A stretch of 64,000 bases of DNA, taken from NCBI GenBank assembly GCA_964016885.1, contig OZ024757.1, forward strand, positions 22,630,001 through 22,694,000, in the 5' to 3' direction. The notes under the pieces are model-generated. The model was not told the origin of the DNA. It made no database searches and saw nothing but the letters and a program-made list of their open reading frames with translations. Below, piece by piece: positions 1-11,509 of the stretch. The first letter of the stretch is position 1. Every line of letters starts with the position of its first letter. Made by a program: the position numbers and the translations under genes. The stretch is from Eledone cirrhosa. Taxonomy: Eukaryota.

Positions 1-112
1 CGTATGAGCAAGACAAGGTCGGCTGATAGGACACTGCCCACAACAGGACAACCCGTCTAACCCATGCTAGCGTGGAAGAACGGACATAAAACGGTGATGA
101 TGATGATGATGA
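1..112 (+). mobile_element. 3' tail of RTE-related retroposon (tail type 2) ending in (TGA)n
   Basis: Near-identical to 8527-8630 and to the reverse complement of 46081-46200; CCATGCTAGCGTGG stem-loop, then a GATGATGAT tail. Confidence 0.75.
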
Positions 113-344
113 TATAAACCCCTCACAGGACATACAAGTTATAATAAACACTATAGAAAAGAGCCAGGAGGGAGGCAAATCAATCTTTCTTTAGGGGGAA
201 TAGAGTTTAATTGAAAGTATCTTATATTTCCACTTCTAGTAAGGACTGTAGTGTTGATCCTACTAATATCAAATATCCTGCTGGATTACTATTATCTATC
301 ACATGCATTGTAAACATACTTCACTGACCTATATGTTGGAAGAC

Positions 345-345
<1 letters not shown>

Positions 346-415
<70 letters not shown>

Positions 416-449
416 AATATGTATGTATATATTTATATATACATATATG

Positions 450-483
<34 letters not shown>

Positions 484-537
484 CATATATATATTTATAA
501 ATATGTATGTATATATTTATATATACATATATGTATA

Positions 538-570
<33 letters not shown>

Positions 571-658
571 TTATACATATATGTATATATATAGCTACAT
601 ATATATATATATCTACATATATGTATATATATATATATCTACATATATGTATATATAT

Positions 659-689
<31 letters not shown>

Positions 690-1019
690 CATATATGTAT
701 ATATATATGTACATATATATATGTGTATATATATTTATACATATATACATATATGTATATATATATATTTATACATATATACATATATGTATATATATAT
801 ATTTATACATATGTATATATATATCTACATATATATATATACATATATGTATATACATATATGTATATATATATCTACATATATATGTATATACATATAT
901 GTATATATACATGTATATATATATATACATATATGTATATATATACATATATGTATATATATATGTATATATATATGTATATATATATATATATATATGT
1001 ATGTATATATATATATATG

Positions 1020-1072
<53 letters not shown>

Positions 1073-1184
1073 CATGACATACATACATACACATACACTC
1101 ATATATCATAAAACAGTGGGTGATGTATGATGCTGATTTTAACATGATAAAAATATCTATCTACATACACACACCCACACATAC

Positions 1185-1215
<31 letters not shown>

Positions 1216-1295
1216 GTATATATATGCATGCACATACACATACACATACATACATATATATATATATATATAGTATATATATGTATGCACATACA
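346..1295. repeat. Compound (TA)n/(TACA)n microsatellite
   Basis: Directly visible; source of the YIYI ORFs. Confidence 0.97.
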
Positions 1296-1526
1296 TAAAA
1301 AAGTGGTAAAAATCCTCTTTTGGATCATTTCCCTATTTGCTAAGATTTTCGATCTATTTGGAACTGGATTCTAAGCTGGATGTTCCATTTCTCCTGAGAA
1401 TTGGATCATAAAAAGCTGCAAAGTTAATATAACTGACCAAAGACAAGATAGCAGCATATCAGATGATGTCTTTATGTCTTTGTTGTTATGTTGCTTTTTT
1501 TTTGGGGGGGGGGGGGGGATAATTAT

Positions 1527-3250
1527 AAAACAACAATAGCAACAACAACAACTACAACAACAGCAGTAACAACAACAGCATTAACAATAACAGTAACAAC
1601 AGCAGTAACAACAACAGTAACAACAGCAGTAACAACAGCAGTAACAACAGCAGCAGTAACAACAGCAGTAACAACAACAACAGCAGTAACAACAACAGCA
1701 GTAACAACAGCAGTAACAACAACAGTAACAACAACAGCAGTAACAACAGCAGTAAACCAGTAACAACAGCAGTAACAACAACAGCAGTAACAACAGCAGT
1801 AACAACAACAGCAGTAACAACAGCAGTAACAACAACAGCAGTAACAACAGCAGTAACAACAACAGTAACAACAACAGCAGTAACAACAGCAGTAAACCAG
1901 TAACAACAGCAGTAACAACAGCAGTAACAACAACAACAACAACAACAACAGTAATAACAACAACACTATCATCACCATCGACAACAACAGCCTCAGCACT
2001 ATCAACAACAACAGCAGCAACACTATCGACAATAACAACAACAGCAGCAACAACAACTGCACTACCATTAGCATTGATAATAAAAAAAAGCAGCAGCAGC
2101 AACAACAACAACCAGAGCAAAAACTACACCACCACCACCATCGTCACCACCAACAGCTCTACACCACCACCATCATCATCGTCACCACCAACAGCTCTAC
2201 ACCACCACCAGCACCACCATCATCACCACCAACAGCTCTACACCAGAGCCCTCATCATCACCATCACCACCGACAACAACAGCCTCAGCACTATCAACAA
2301 CAACAGCAGCAACACTATCGACAATAACAACAACAGCAGCAACAACAACTGCACTACCATTAGCATTGATAATAAAAAAAAGCAGCAGCAGCAACAACAA
2401 CAACCAGAGCAAAAACTACACCACCACCACCATCGTCACCACCAACAGCTCTACACCACCACCATCATCATCGTCACCACCAACAGCTCTACACCACCAC
2501 CAGCACCACCATCATCACCACCAACAGCTCTACACCAGAGCCCTCATCATCACCATCACCACCACCAACAGCTCTACACCACCACCAGCACCACCACCAG
2601 CACCACCATCATCACCACCAACAGCTCTACACCACCACCAACAGCTCTACACCACCACCAGCACCGCCAGCACCACCAACAGCTCGACACCACCACCAGC
2701 ACCACCAACAGCTCTACACCACCACCACCAGCACCACCATCATCACCACCAACAGCTCTACACCACCACCAGCACCACCATCATCACCACCAACAGCTCT
2801 ACACCACCACCAACAGCTCTACACCACCACCAGCACCGCCAGCACCACCAACAGCTCTACACCACCACCAGCACCACCAACAGCTCTACACCACCACCAC
2901 CAGCACCACCATCATCACCACCAACAGCTCTACACCACCACCAGCACCACCATCATCACCACCAACAGCTCTACACCACCACCAACAGCTCTACACCACC
3001 ACCAGCACCATCATCATCACCACCAACAGCTCTACACCACCACCAACAGCTCTACACCACCACCAGCACCACCATCATCACCACCAACAGCTCTACACCA
3101 CCACCACCAACAGCTCTACACCACCACCACCAGCACCACCATCATCACCACCAACAGCTCTACACCACCACCAACAGCTCTACACCACCACCACCAGCAC
3201 CACCATCATCACCACCAACAGCTCTACACCACCACCAACAGCTCTATACC
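1527..3250. repeat. AAC/AGC/ACC trinucleotide-derived minisatellite with an internal ~292-bp direct duplication
   Basis: Units GTAACAACAGCA and CAACAGCTCTACACCACCAC; the block at ~1980-2270 recurs at ~2272-2560. Confidence 0.92.
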
Positions 3251-3289
3251 CACCCACCCCCCATCGTCATTGCACTCATTTACATTAAT

Positions 3290-3465
3290 GTTAGAATATA
3301 TATTCCTATTTGTCTGAACCATTGGCAGTGATCCACAAATTTGTTGGGATTGAGAAATATAATCAATGAGATAGTCCAGGACATAATTAGAACCTAGTTT
3401 ACTGACCCCAGAGGGATGAAAGTTACACTCAACCAAAGCTGGATTTGAACACACAGCTCTGATAT
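3290..3465 (-). mobile_element. Diverged tRNA-derived SINE (family B)
   Basis: GACCCC..GGATGAAAGTT..GGATTTGAAC motifs match the family-B copies at 10830-11220 and 50341-50531. Confidence 0.55.
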
Positions 3466-3478
3466 GCAACTTTTCATT

Positions 3479-5911
3479 GTGGAGTCCATCTCCTCTTCAG
3501 GTCTGAATACAGCAGATTTCTTCCAGATGGTAAACCTGGTGGAGTCCATCTAGAGGCCAGAATACAGCAGATTTCTTCCAGATGGTAAACCTGGTGGAGT
3601 CCATCTAGAGGAGGCCAGAATACAGCAGATTTCTTCCAGATGGTAAACCTGGTGGAGTCCATCTAGAGGAGGCCAGAATACAGCAGATTTCTTCCAGATG
3701 GTAAACCTGGTGGAGTCCATCTAGAGGAGGCCAGAATACAGCAGATTTCTTCCAGATGGTAAACCTGGTGGAGTCCATCTATAGGAGGCCAGAATACAGC
3801 AGATTTCTTCCAGATGGTAAACCTGGTGGAGTCCATCTCCTCTTCAGGTCTGAATACAGCAGATTTCTTCCAGATGGTAAACCTGGTGGAGTCCATCTAT
3901 AGGAGGCCAGAATACAGCAGATTTCTTCCAGATGGTAAACCTGGTGGAGTCCATCTAGAGGAGGCCAGAATACAGCAGATTTCTTCCAGATGGTAAACCT
4001 GGTGGAGTCCATCTCCTCTTCAGGTCTGAATACAGCAGATTTCTTCCAGATGGTAAACCTGGTGAAGTCCATCTAGAGGAGGCCAGAATACAGCAAGTTT
4101 CTTCCAGATGGTAAACCTGGTGGAGTCCATCTCCTCTTCAGGTCTGAATACAGCAGATTTCTTCCAGATGGTAAACCTGGTGAAGTCCATCTAGAGGCCA
4201 GAATACAGCAGATTTCTTCCAGATGGTAAACCTGGTGGAGTCCATCTAGAGGCCAGAATACAGCAGATTTCTTCCAGATGGTAAACCTGGTGGAGTCCAT
4301 CTCCTCTTCAGGTCTGAATACAGCAGATTTCTTCCAGATGGTAAACCTGGTGGAGTCCATCTCCTCTTCAGGTCTGAATACAGCAGATTTCTTCCAGATG
4401 GTAAACCTGGTGAAGTCCATCTAGAGGCCAGAATACAGCAGATTTCTTCCAGATGGTAAACCTGGTGGAGTCCATCTCCTCTTCAGGTCTGAATACAGCA
4501 GATTTCTTCCAGATGCTAAACCTGGTGGAGTCCATCTATAGGAGGCCAGAATACAGCAGATTTCTTCCAGATGGTAAACCTGGTGGAGTCCATCTATAGG
4601 AGGCCAGAATACAGCAGATTTCTTCCAGATGGTAAACCTGGTGGAGTCCATCTATAGGAGGCCAGAATACAGCAGATTTCTTCCAGATGGTAAACCTGGT
4701 GGAGTCCATCTAGAGGAGGCCAGAATACAGCAGATTTCTTCCAGATGGTAAACCTGGTGGAGTCCATCTATAGGAGGCCAGAATACAGCAGATTTCTTCC
4801 AGATGGTAAACCTGGTGGAGTCCATCTATAGGAGGCCAGAATACAGCAGATTTCTTCCAGATGGTAAACCTGGTGGAGTCCATCTAGAGGAGGCCAGAAT
4901 ACAGCAGATTTCTTCCAGATGGTAAACCTGGTGGAGTCCATCTAGAGGAGGCCAGAATACAGCAGATTTCTTCCAGATGGTAAACCTGGTGGAGTCCATC
5001 TAGAGGAGGCCAGAATACAGCAGATTTCTTCCAGATGGTAAACCTGGTGGAGTCCATCTAGAGGAGGCCAGAATACAGCAGATTTCTTCCAGATGGTAAA
5101 CCTGGTGGAGTCCATCTAGAGGAGGCCAGAATACAGCAGATTTCTTCCAGATGGTAAACCTGGTGGAGTCCATCTATAGGAGGCCAGAATACAGCAGATT
5201 TCTTCCAGATGGTAAACCTGGTGGAGTCCATCTAGAGGAGGCCAGAATACAGCAGATTTCTTCCAGATGGTAAACCTGGTGGAGTCCATCTAGAGGAGGC
5301 CAGAATACAGCAGATTTCTTCCAGATGGTAAACCTGGTGGAGTCCATCTAGAGGAGGCCAGAATACAGCAGATTTCTTCCAGATGGTAAACCTGGTGGAG
5401 TCCATCTATAGGAGGCCAGAATACAGCAGATTTCTTCCAGATGGTAAACCTGGTGGAGTCCATCTAGAGGAGGCCAGAATACAGCAGATTTCTTCCAGAT
5501 GGTAAACCTGGTGGAGTCCATCTCCTCTTCAGGTCTGAATACAGCAGATTTCTTCCAGATGGTAAACCTGGTGGAGTCCATCTATAGGAGGCCAGAATAC
5601 AGCAGATTTCTTCCAGATGCTAAACCTGGTGGAGTCCATCTATAGGAGGCCAGAATACAGCAGATTTCTTCCAGATGGTAAACCTGGTGGAGTCCATCTC
5701 CTCTTCAGGTCTGAATACAGCAGATTTCTTCCAGATGGTAAACCTGGTGGAGTCCATCTATAGGAGGCCAGAATACAGCAGATTTCTTCCAGATGGTAAA
5801 CCTGGTGGAGTCCATCTAGAGGAGGCCAGAATACAGCAGATTTCTTCCAGATGGTAAACCTGGTGGAGTCCATCTCCTCTTCAGGTCTGAATACAGCAGA
5901 TTTCTTCCAGA
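3479..5911. repeat. 55/58/60-bp minisatellite, about 42 units with a constant core and a few variant segments
   Basis: Core GAATACAGCAGATTTCTTCCAGATGGTAAACCTGGTGGAGTCCATCT followed by CCTCTTCAGGTCT, AGAGGAGGCCA, ATAGGAGGCCA or AGAGGCCA. Confidence 0.97.
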
Positions 5912-5949
5912 AAAGGATAGAGAAGGAGGAAGTGTTAAAGTGATATAGA

Positions 5950-6113
5950 GGAAGAATCGACCCCAGTACCTTGACTGGTACTTTATTATTGACCTAGAAT
6001 GGATGAAAGCCAAAGTTGACTTTGGTGGGATTTGAAATAAGAGAGCAGAGAGCTGGAACAAATACCACAAGGCATTCTATCTGATGTTACAATGACTCTG
6101 CCAATTCACTGCC
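5950..6113 (-). mobile_element. Diverged SINE family B
   Basis: ACTGGTACTTTATT..GGATGAAAGCCAAAGTTGAC..GGGATTTGAA, shared with other copies. Confidence 0.65.
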
Positions 6114-6339
6114 TAACATTTCCAGAGTGTATACTGTTAAATAATCTACCATTGTTCCAGACCAACAGCACTGTCTGCCATATATCTTCTGCAAACATAT
6201 TTTACTGTGTGTTAACAACATTTCCAACTATATATTATACTCTCCCATGAGATGAACATAACATATATATATATATATATATATGTAAGTGTGTGTGTCT
6301 GTGTATCGCAGTAAAGTACATCTCTTTACTTGTTAAACT

Positions 6340-6403
<64 letters not shown>

Positions 6404-6459
6404 AGTGTGTGTGTGTGTCTGTGTATCGCAGTAAAGTACATCTCTTTACTTGTTAAACT

Positions 6460-6516
<57 letters not shown>

Positions 6517-6682
6517 CATTACAAAGTGCATCCAACCTCAGGAATCAAGCCAAGCACAGGATCTACAAGCAAGACATGGTCACCTGACACCTCTAGCCTC
6601 TGTATGTGACAATCTGTCTAACCCATGCTAACATGGAATGTAATATAGGATGTTAAAAGTATAATCGTGATGGTTTTATATA

Positions 6683-6759
6683 CAGGGTGTCCCCCAAAAT
6701 ATATATGCATATTTATTAGAATGCTGTTGAAGTGTGTATACATTTTTGGGGACATTCTG
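6683..6759. mobile_element. 77-bp Tc1/mariner-type mini-MITE
   Basis: TA|CAGGGTGTCCCCCAAAA...TTTTGGGGACATTCTG|TA: imperfect TIRs of ~30 bp with TA at both flanks. Confidence 0.7.
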
Positions 6760-6763
6760 TATG

Positions 6764-6795
<32 letters not shown>

Positions 6796-7050
6796 CACAC
6801 ATATATATATTCTGTAAACATAGTTGGTGTTAGGAAGGGCATCCAGCTGTAAAATACTCAGTCAAATCGAAAGTCCTAGCTGGAGCAAGGTGTGACACAT
6901 GGCCAAACCTGGCCAGACTTGCCTCCCAGCATGGATGACCCATCTAACTTGCGCAAGCGTGGAACATTTGACATTAAACAGTGATGATGATGATGATGAT
7001 AATGATGATATACATTTCCAAGTTGTGACATTTCTATATATGATAAAGAT

Positions 7051-7122
<72 letters not shown>

Positions 7123-7315
7123 ATTGTAGACATTTCCATAGAGGATAATATATATCATCATCATCTTCATTTAACGTCCATTTTCCACGCTAGCATGGGT
7201 TAGATGAGAGTTGTCCCACTTGAGGCAAGGTTGGTCGGGTGACCATGTCTGGCTCATATAGGACTATGTGGCAGATTTTCTATGGCTGGATTCCCTTCCT
7301 AATACATATATATAT

Positions 7316-7520
7316 ATAGGAGAAGGTATGACCCCGACGGCAGAGCTCAAGCCGTTTCGACGGCTATTTCTGGACTAAATTAAGTCCAGAAATAGCCATC
7401 GAAACGGCTTGAGCTCTGCCGTCGGGGTCATACCTTCTCCTATTTCCCACTCTACTACCCTAAGTATTGAGTACTCTGGGGCATTATGGTCCATCTGGTT
7501 CCTTACCACAATTCCTTTGT
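7316..7520 (+). mobile_element. Putative Penelope-like pseudo-LTR fragment with a near-perfect ~128-bp palindrome and the 3' half of a hammerhead
   Basis: Arms 7316-7378 and 7381-7443 are reverse complements; GAAA-CGGC..GCCG-TC at 7401-7423; body recurs near 35680-35722, 46740-46945 and 62118-62262. Confidence 0.6.
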
Positions 7521-7621
7521 TATATATATTATATGTTATACTTTGGGAGGGTCATGTTGCCAATAAGAAACACACGCATTATTCCTATAAACACAGAGCT
7601 GGCATATCTAAGAACTGACTA

Positions 7622-7677
7622 ACTGCCTGATGAGGTCATAGCCATTCAATGGCTATCATCGAAATATATATAGCAGT
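7622..7677 (+). ncRNA. Type I hammerhead ribozyme motif
   Basis: ACTGC-CTGATGA-[GGT c ATAGCCAT tca ATGGCTAT c ATC]-GAAA-TATATA-TA-GCAGT; stems I and II pair, stem III is a short palindrome; AATAAA follows. Confidence 0.85.
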
Positions 7678-7807
7678 AAATAAAGGATTATGAGTTCATG
7701 CAATTGACTTATATTTCATCACTATATATATATATATATATATATATTCTGGATGTGTAATAGTAATATACGCAAACAGCAAAGTATAAACGAATTGAGA
7801 GAGAGAG

Positions 7808-8630
7808 ACTGAGCATCAGAGGAATCAAATGATGTGTGCAGGAGAGGAGGTTGTGTTGGTATGGACATGTGATGTGTATGAAGGATGACAGCTGCATAAA
7901 AAGGTGCAGAAAACTAGAACTCAATGGAAGCCGCGAAGTGGGGAAGACCCAAGAAGACCTGGGGTGTGGTGATAAAGGCCGACCTTACCCAATTACACCT
8001 CTCAAAGGCGATGACACACGACCGTGACCTCTGGCGTCACGCAGTAACACAGAAGGCCCGACCCCCCCACAGGAACAAGCCGAAGCTGAAGCATATAGAC
8101 AATATGCCCCCACCCCCTCCAACTGTAAAGTGGTCGTGGAGGTGCCATGGAAAAAAGGCACCCAGCCCACACTGTAAAGTGGATGTGGAGGCGCCATGGA
8201 AAAAAAGCACCCAGCCCACACTGTAAAGTGGTTGTGGAGGTGCCATGAAAAAAGGCACCCAGCCCACACTGTAAAGTGGTCGTGGAGGTGCCATGGAAAA
8301 AAGGCACCCAGCCCACACTGTAAAGTGGACGTGGAGGCGCCATGGAAAAAAAGCACCCAGCCCACACTGTAAAGTGGTCGTGGAGGCGCCATGGAAAAAA
8401 GCACCCAGCCCACACTGTAAAGTGGTCGTGGAGGTGCCACGGCAAAAGAGCACCCAGCCCACACTGCAAATGAGGTTGGTGTTAGGAAGGGCATCCAGCT
8501 GTGGAAATCAAGCCAGAATCAGTTCCCGTATGAGCAAGACAAGGTCAGCCGACCAGACACTGCCCACAACAGGACAACCTGTCTAACCCATGCTAGCGTG
8601 GAAGAACGGACGTAAAATGGTGATGATGAT
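7808..8630 (+). mobile_element. 3' fragment of a second RTE family with a long 3' UTR containing 7 x 48-49-bp repeats
   Basis: Translates VQERRLCWYGHVMCM..GRPKKTW..DRDLWRHAV, homologous to the C-terminus of the 25047 ORF; tandem unit at 8122-8463; ends in (TGA)n. Confidence 0.8.
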
Positions 8631-8677
8631 TCTGCTTATTTATATGATTACCAATATTCTCTCTCTTTCTCTCTCAT

Positions 8678-8709
<32 letters not shown>

Positions 8710-9494
8710 CATACATATATATACACATATATATATATATACATACATATATACACATACATATATACGCATAGACAGTCTTTTCAAGTGAAGTTTGGCA
8801 AAACACATGATTAGTTTTTACTTAATCGTTTCCATCTACACACAATTTTATTTTTAACAACGCTTCGTTGTTCTCGTTCATTTTGTTCATGTTTGGTTTG
8901 TTTTCTTCTAATATTTGACTTAGCAGACATTTTGTTGTCTTATTTTATATTTTATGTTTTTTTTAATAATATTTGTCGTCAGCCTTGGGAGGACATTTTT
9001 TATACATTTTATATCACAATGTTATGTTATTTTCCACAAAACATCAATTGTATTTCTATGTCAGGTTGGGTTACGATAATTATTCTTTTTTACATTGTTT
9101 CCTTGCTTTTTTTTGCTGTTTTTTTTGTTGCTGTTTTGGTTTGTTTGCTTGCTCTATCTAATTTTGTTATTTCGCCCCACACTCACTGCTTAATAACCAT
9201 TCCTTTTGACTACTAAATCTACTAGACAGCTGCTGTAACCATAAATGTTACATTCATAACTCAGCTGACTAACATTTTGATTTATTCTTCTCTCAAAAAT
9301 TATTGTCTTCTATTTCTAGAAACCATAATAAAGTTAGTCTTTTGTAGTAATGCTTAAATTACAGACCCTTTGTAATAAATATCCTTTATTTACCTACAGT
9401 GTGGTTCTCTTCCAAGCAGCAGGTGTGTGTGTGTGTGTGTGTGTGTGCGTGTGCGTGTGCGTGTGTGTGTGTTTCATTGAAAGAATTTCCCTAA

Positions 9495-10050
9495 ATTCCT
9501 CTCTGGTTAAATTTACAATATACCAAGAGTGTTTAGCATAAGATGGTGACAAATTTGTATTCTTCCCCCTTAGATTCCTCTCTGGTTAAATTTACAATAT
9601 AGCAAGAGTGTTTAACACAAGATGGTGACAAATTTGTATTCTTCCCCCTTAGATTCCTCTCTGGTTAAATTTACAATATAGCAAGAGTGTTTAACATAAT
9701 ATGGTGACAGATTTGTATTCTTCCCCCTTAGATTCCTCTCTGGTTAAATTTACAATATAGCAAGAGTGTTTAACACAAGATGGTGACAAATTTGTATTCT
9801 TCCCCCTTAGATTCCTCTCTGGTTAAATTTACAATATAGCAAGAGTGTTTAACACAAGATGGTGACAAATTTGTATTCTTTCTCCTTAGATTCCTCTCTG
9901 GTTAAATTTACAATATAGCAAGAGTGTTTGGCATAAAAAGGTGACACAATTATATTCTCCCACCTCCTAGATTCTTCTCTAATTATCTGGTTAAAATTAC
10001 AACATAGTAAGAGTGTTTAGCATTATATAGTGACAAATTTGTATTCTCCT
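9495..10050. repeat. 79-bp tandem repeat, about 7 copies
   Basis: ATTCCTCTCTGGTTAAATTTACAAT recurs at 9495, 9574, 9653 and onward. Confidence 0.95.
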
Positions 10051-10201
10051 CCCCAACCCCAAATGGTAATTGAAGATTTGATAATAAAAATTTAAACCCT
10101 AATTTAGTTTTGCCTTTTTTTTCCGCTCTTTTGTTTTGCTTATATGAAGCGTGATTTGATTTGAGGTTGTGGGAGGAAAATAAAACAATTGCATTGTGAT
10201 A

Positions 10202-10440
10202 GTGGAGGCATGTGTCCTAGTGGTTATAACGTCCTAAGTTCAGTTCCTGGTGTTGTGAACTTGAGAAAAACACTTCATTATACATTGCTACAGTATAATC
10301 AGCTAAAAATGAGCACCAGAAGTAGCTGAGTACCAGATTTGTATCCTGTCCAGGGGGAAGTCTTGAACTCTCAGTCACTTCACACCATAGAAACCAGGAG
10401 AAGCACTGACATGCTGAACCTCTGGGCTTGAGACAAACTT
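10202..10440 (+). mobile_element. Old tRNA-derived SINE related to the family-A head
   Basis: GGAGGCATGTGTCCTAGTGGTT..AGTTCAGTTCC..TTGAGAAAAACACTT resembles 60952-61090. Confidence 0.55.
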
Positions 10441-10634
10441 TAGACTTTTAGATTGTGATAGGAGCTTGTTATATTCCATGTGACCGTGGAATACTCAGCC
10501 ATTTACACAACAATATAAGTTGGAGTTTACTTGTAATTCAAAAAGCCAGTCATGTTATACATTGAGTCACACTGAATCTCCCTGAGAATGCCTTTAAGGG
10601 CACACAGTCAACAATTATGGGAAAGAAGAAAGTT

Positions 10635-10790
10635 GATTAAATCAACCCCAGTGTGTTACTGGTACTTCAGTTTATCAATTGCCCTCCCCCTAGTAAGGAT
10701 GACAGGTGAAGATAACCTCAGTGGGATTTGAACTCAGAATGTAAAGGGACATAACTACATTCCACAAAGCATATTGTTCGAAGCTCTACC

Positions 10791-10833
<43 letters not shown>

Positions 10834-11220
10834 TGTTTCTACATTAGGCACAAGGCCAGCAATTACTCCAGTGCATTACTGGTACTTTATTTTATCGACC
10901 CCATAAGGATGAAAGGCAAAGTTAACCTTGGCAGGGTTTGAACTCAGAATGGCAAGGGCCGTAACTCTATGCGTCAAAGCATGGTGTCCGACCCTCTACC
11001 GATACTGCAATCCACCGCCCTTATATAATAGTAATAATTGTTTCTACTTTAGGCACAAGGCCAGCAATTACCCCAGTGCATTACTGGTACTTTATTTTAT
11101 CGACCCCGTAAGGATGAAAGGCAAAGTCAACCTTGGCGGGATTTGAACTCAGATCGTAAAGGGACGTAACTATGCTGGAAAGCATGGCGTCCGACCCTCT
11201 ACTGATACTGCCAATCCACT
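10635..11220 (-). mobile_element. Cluster of three SINE family B copies
   Basis: Copies at ~10635-10790, 10830-11020 and 11035-11220; on the - strand each has B-box GAGTTCAAA(T/C)CC, and the latter two end in an (ATT)n tail. Confidence 0.85.
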
Positions 11221-11509
11221 AGTAATAATAATAACAAATAAAATATGAAAAGAATCCCTACACACAATGTCCCCGTATATTACAACCCCGACACACCCCA
11301 CCACCACCCAGCCCCGCCCCGCCCCCCAAAAAACTATCAATCTTTCACACACCATTAAACAGAAAGTCAGCAAAATCTCCCGATTTTATTAGACACATTA
11401 AATATTCTAACATGGAGTTTGAACATTTTAACAAGCTATTAAATAGTTTAACCTTGATTAGTTTCATTGTCTTTTAAACTTGGTTTTCAAAGCTTGATTA
11501 ATACATGTG

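Noticed and set aside
365-1374. YIYI-type ORFs here and at 17348-18854, 24066-24968, 28312-30576 and 43191-44688
   Set aside because: Translations of dinucleotide repeats, open in several frames at once.
2074-3331. 404-aa and 321-aa His/Thr/Pro-rich ORFs
   Set aside because: Overlapping frames of a trinucleotide minisatellite, with no domain or splice evidence.
3479-5911. CRISPR-like array
   Set aside because: The spacers are only four recurring 8-13-bp variants, there are no cas genes, and the context is eukaryotic; it is a minisatellite.
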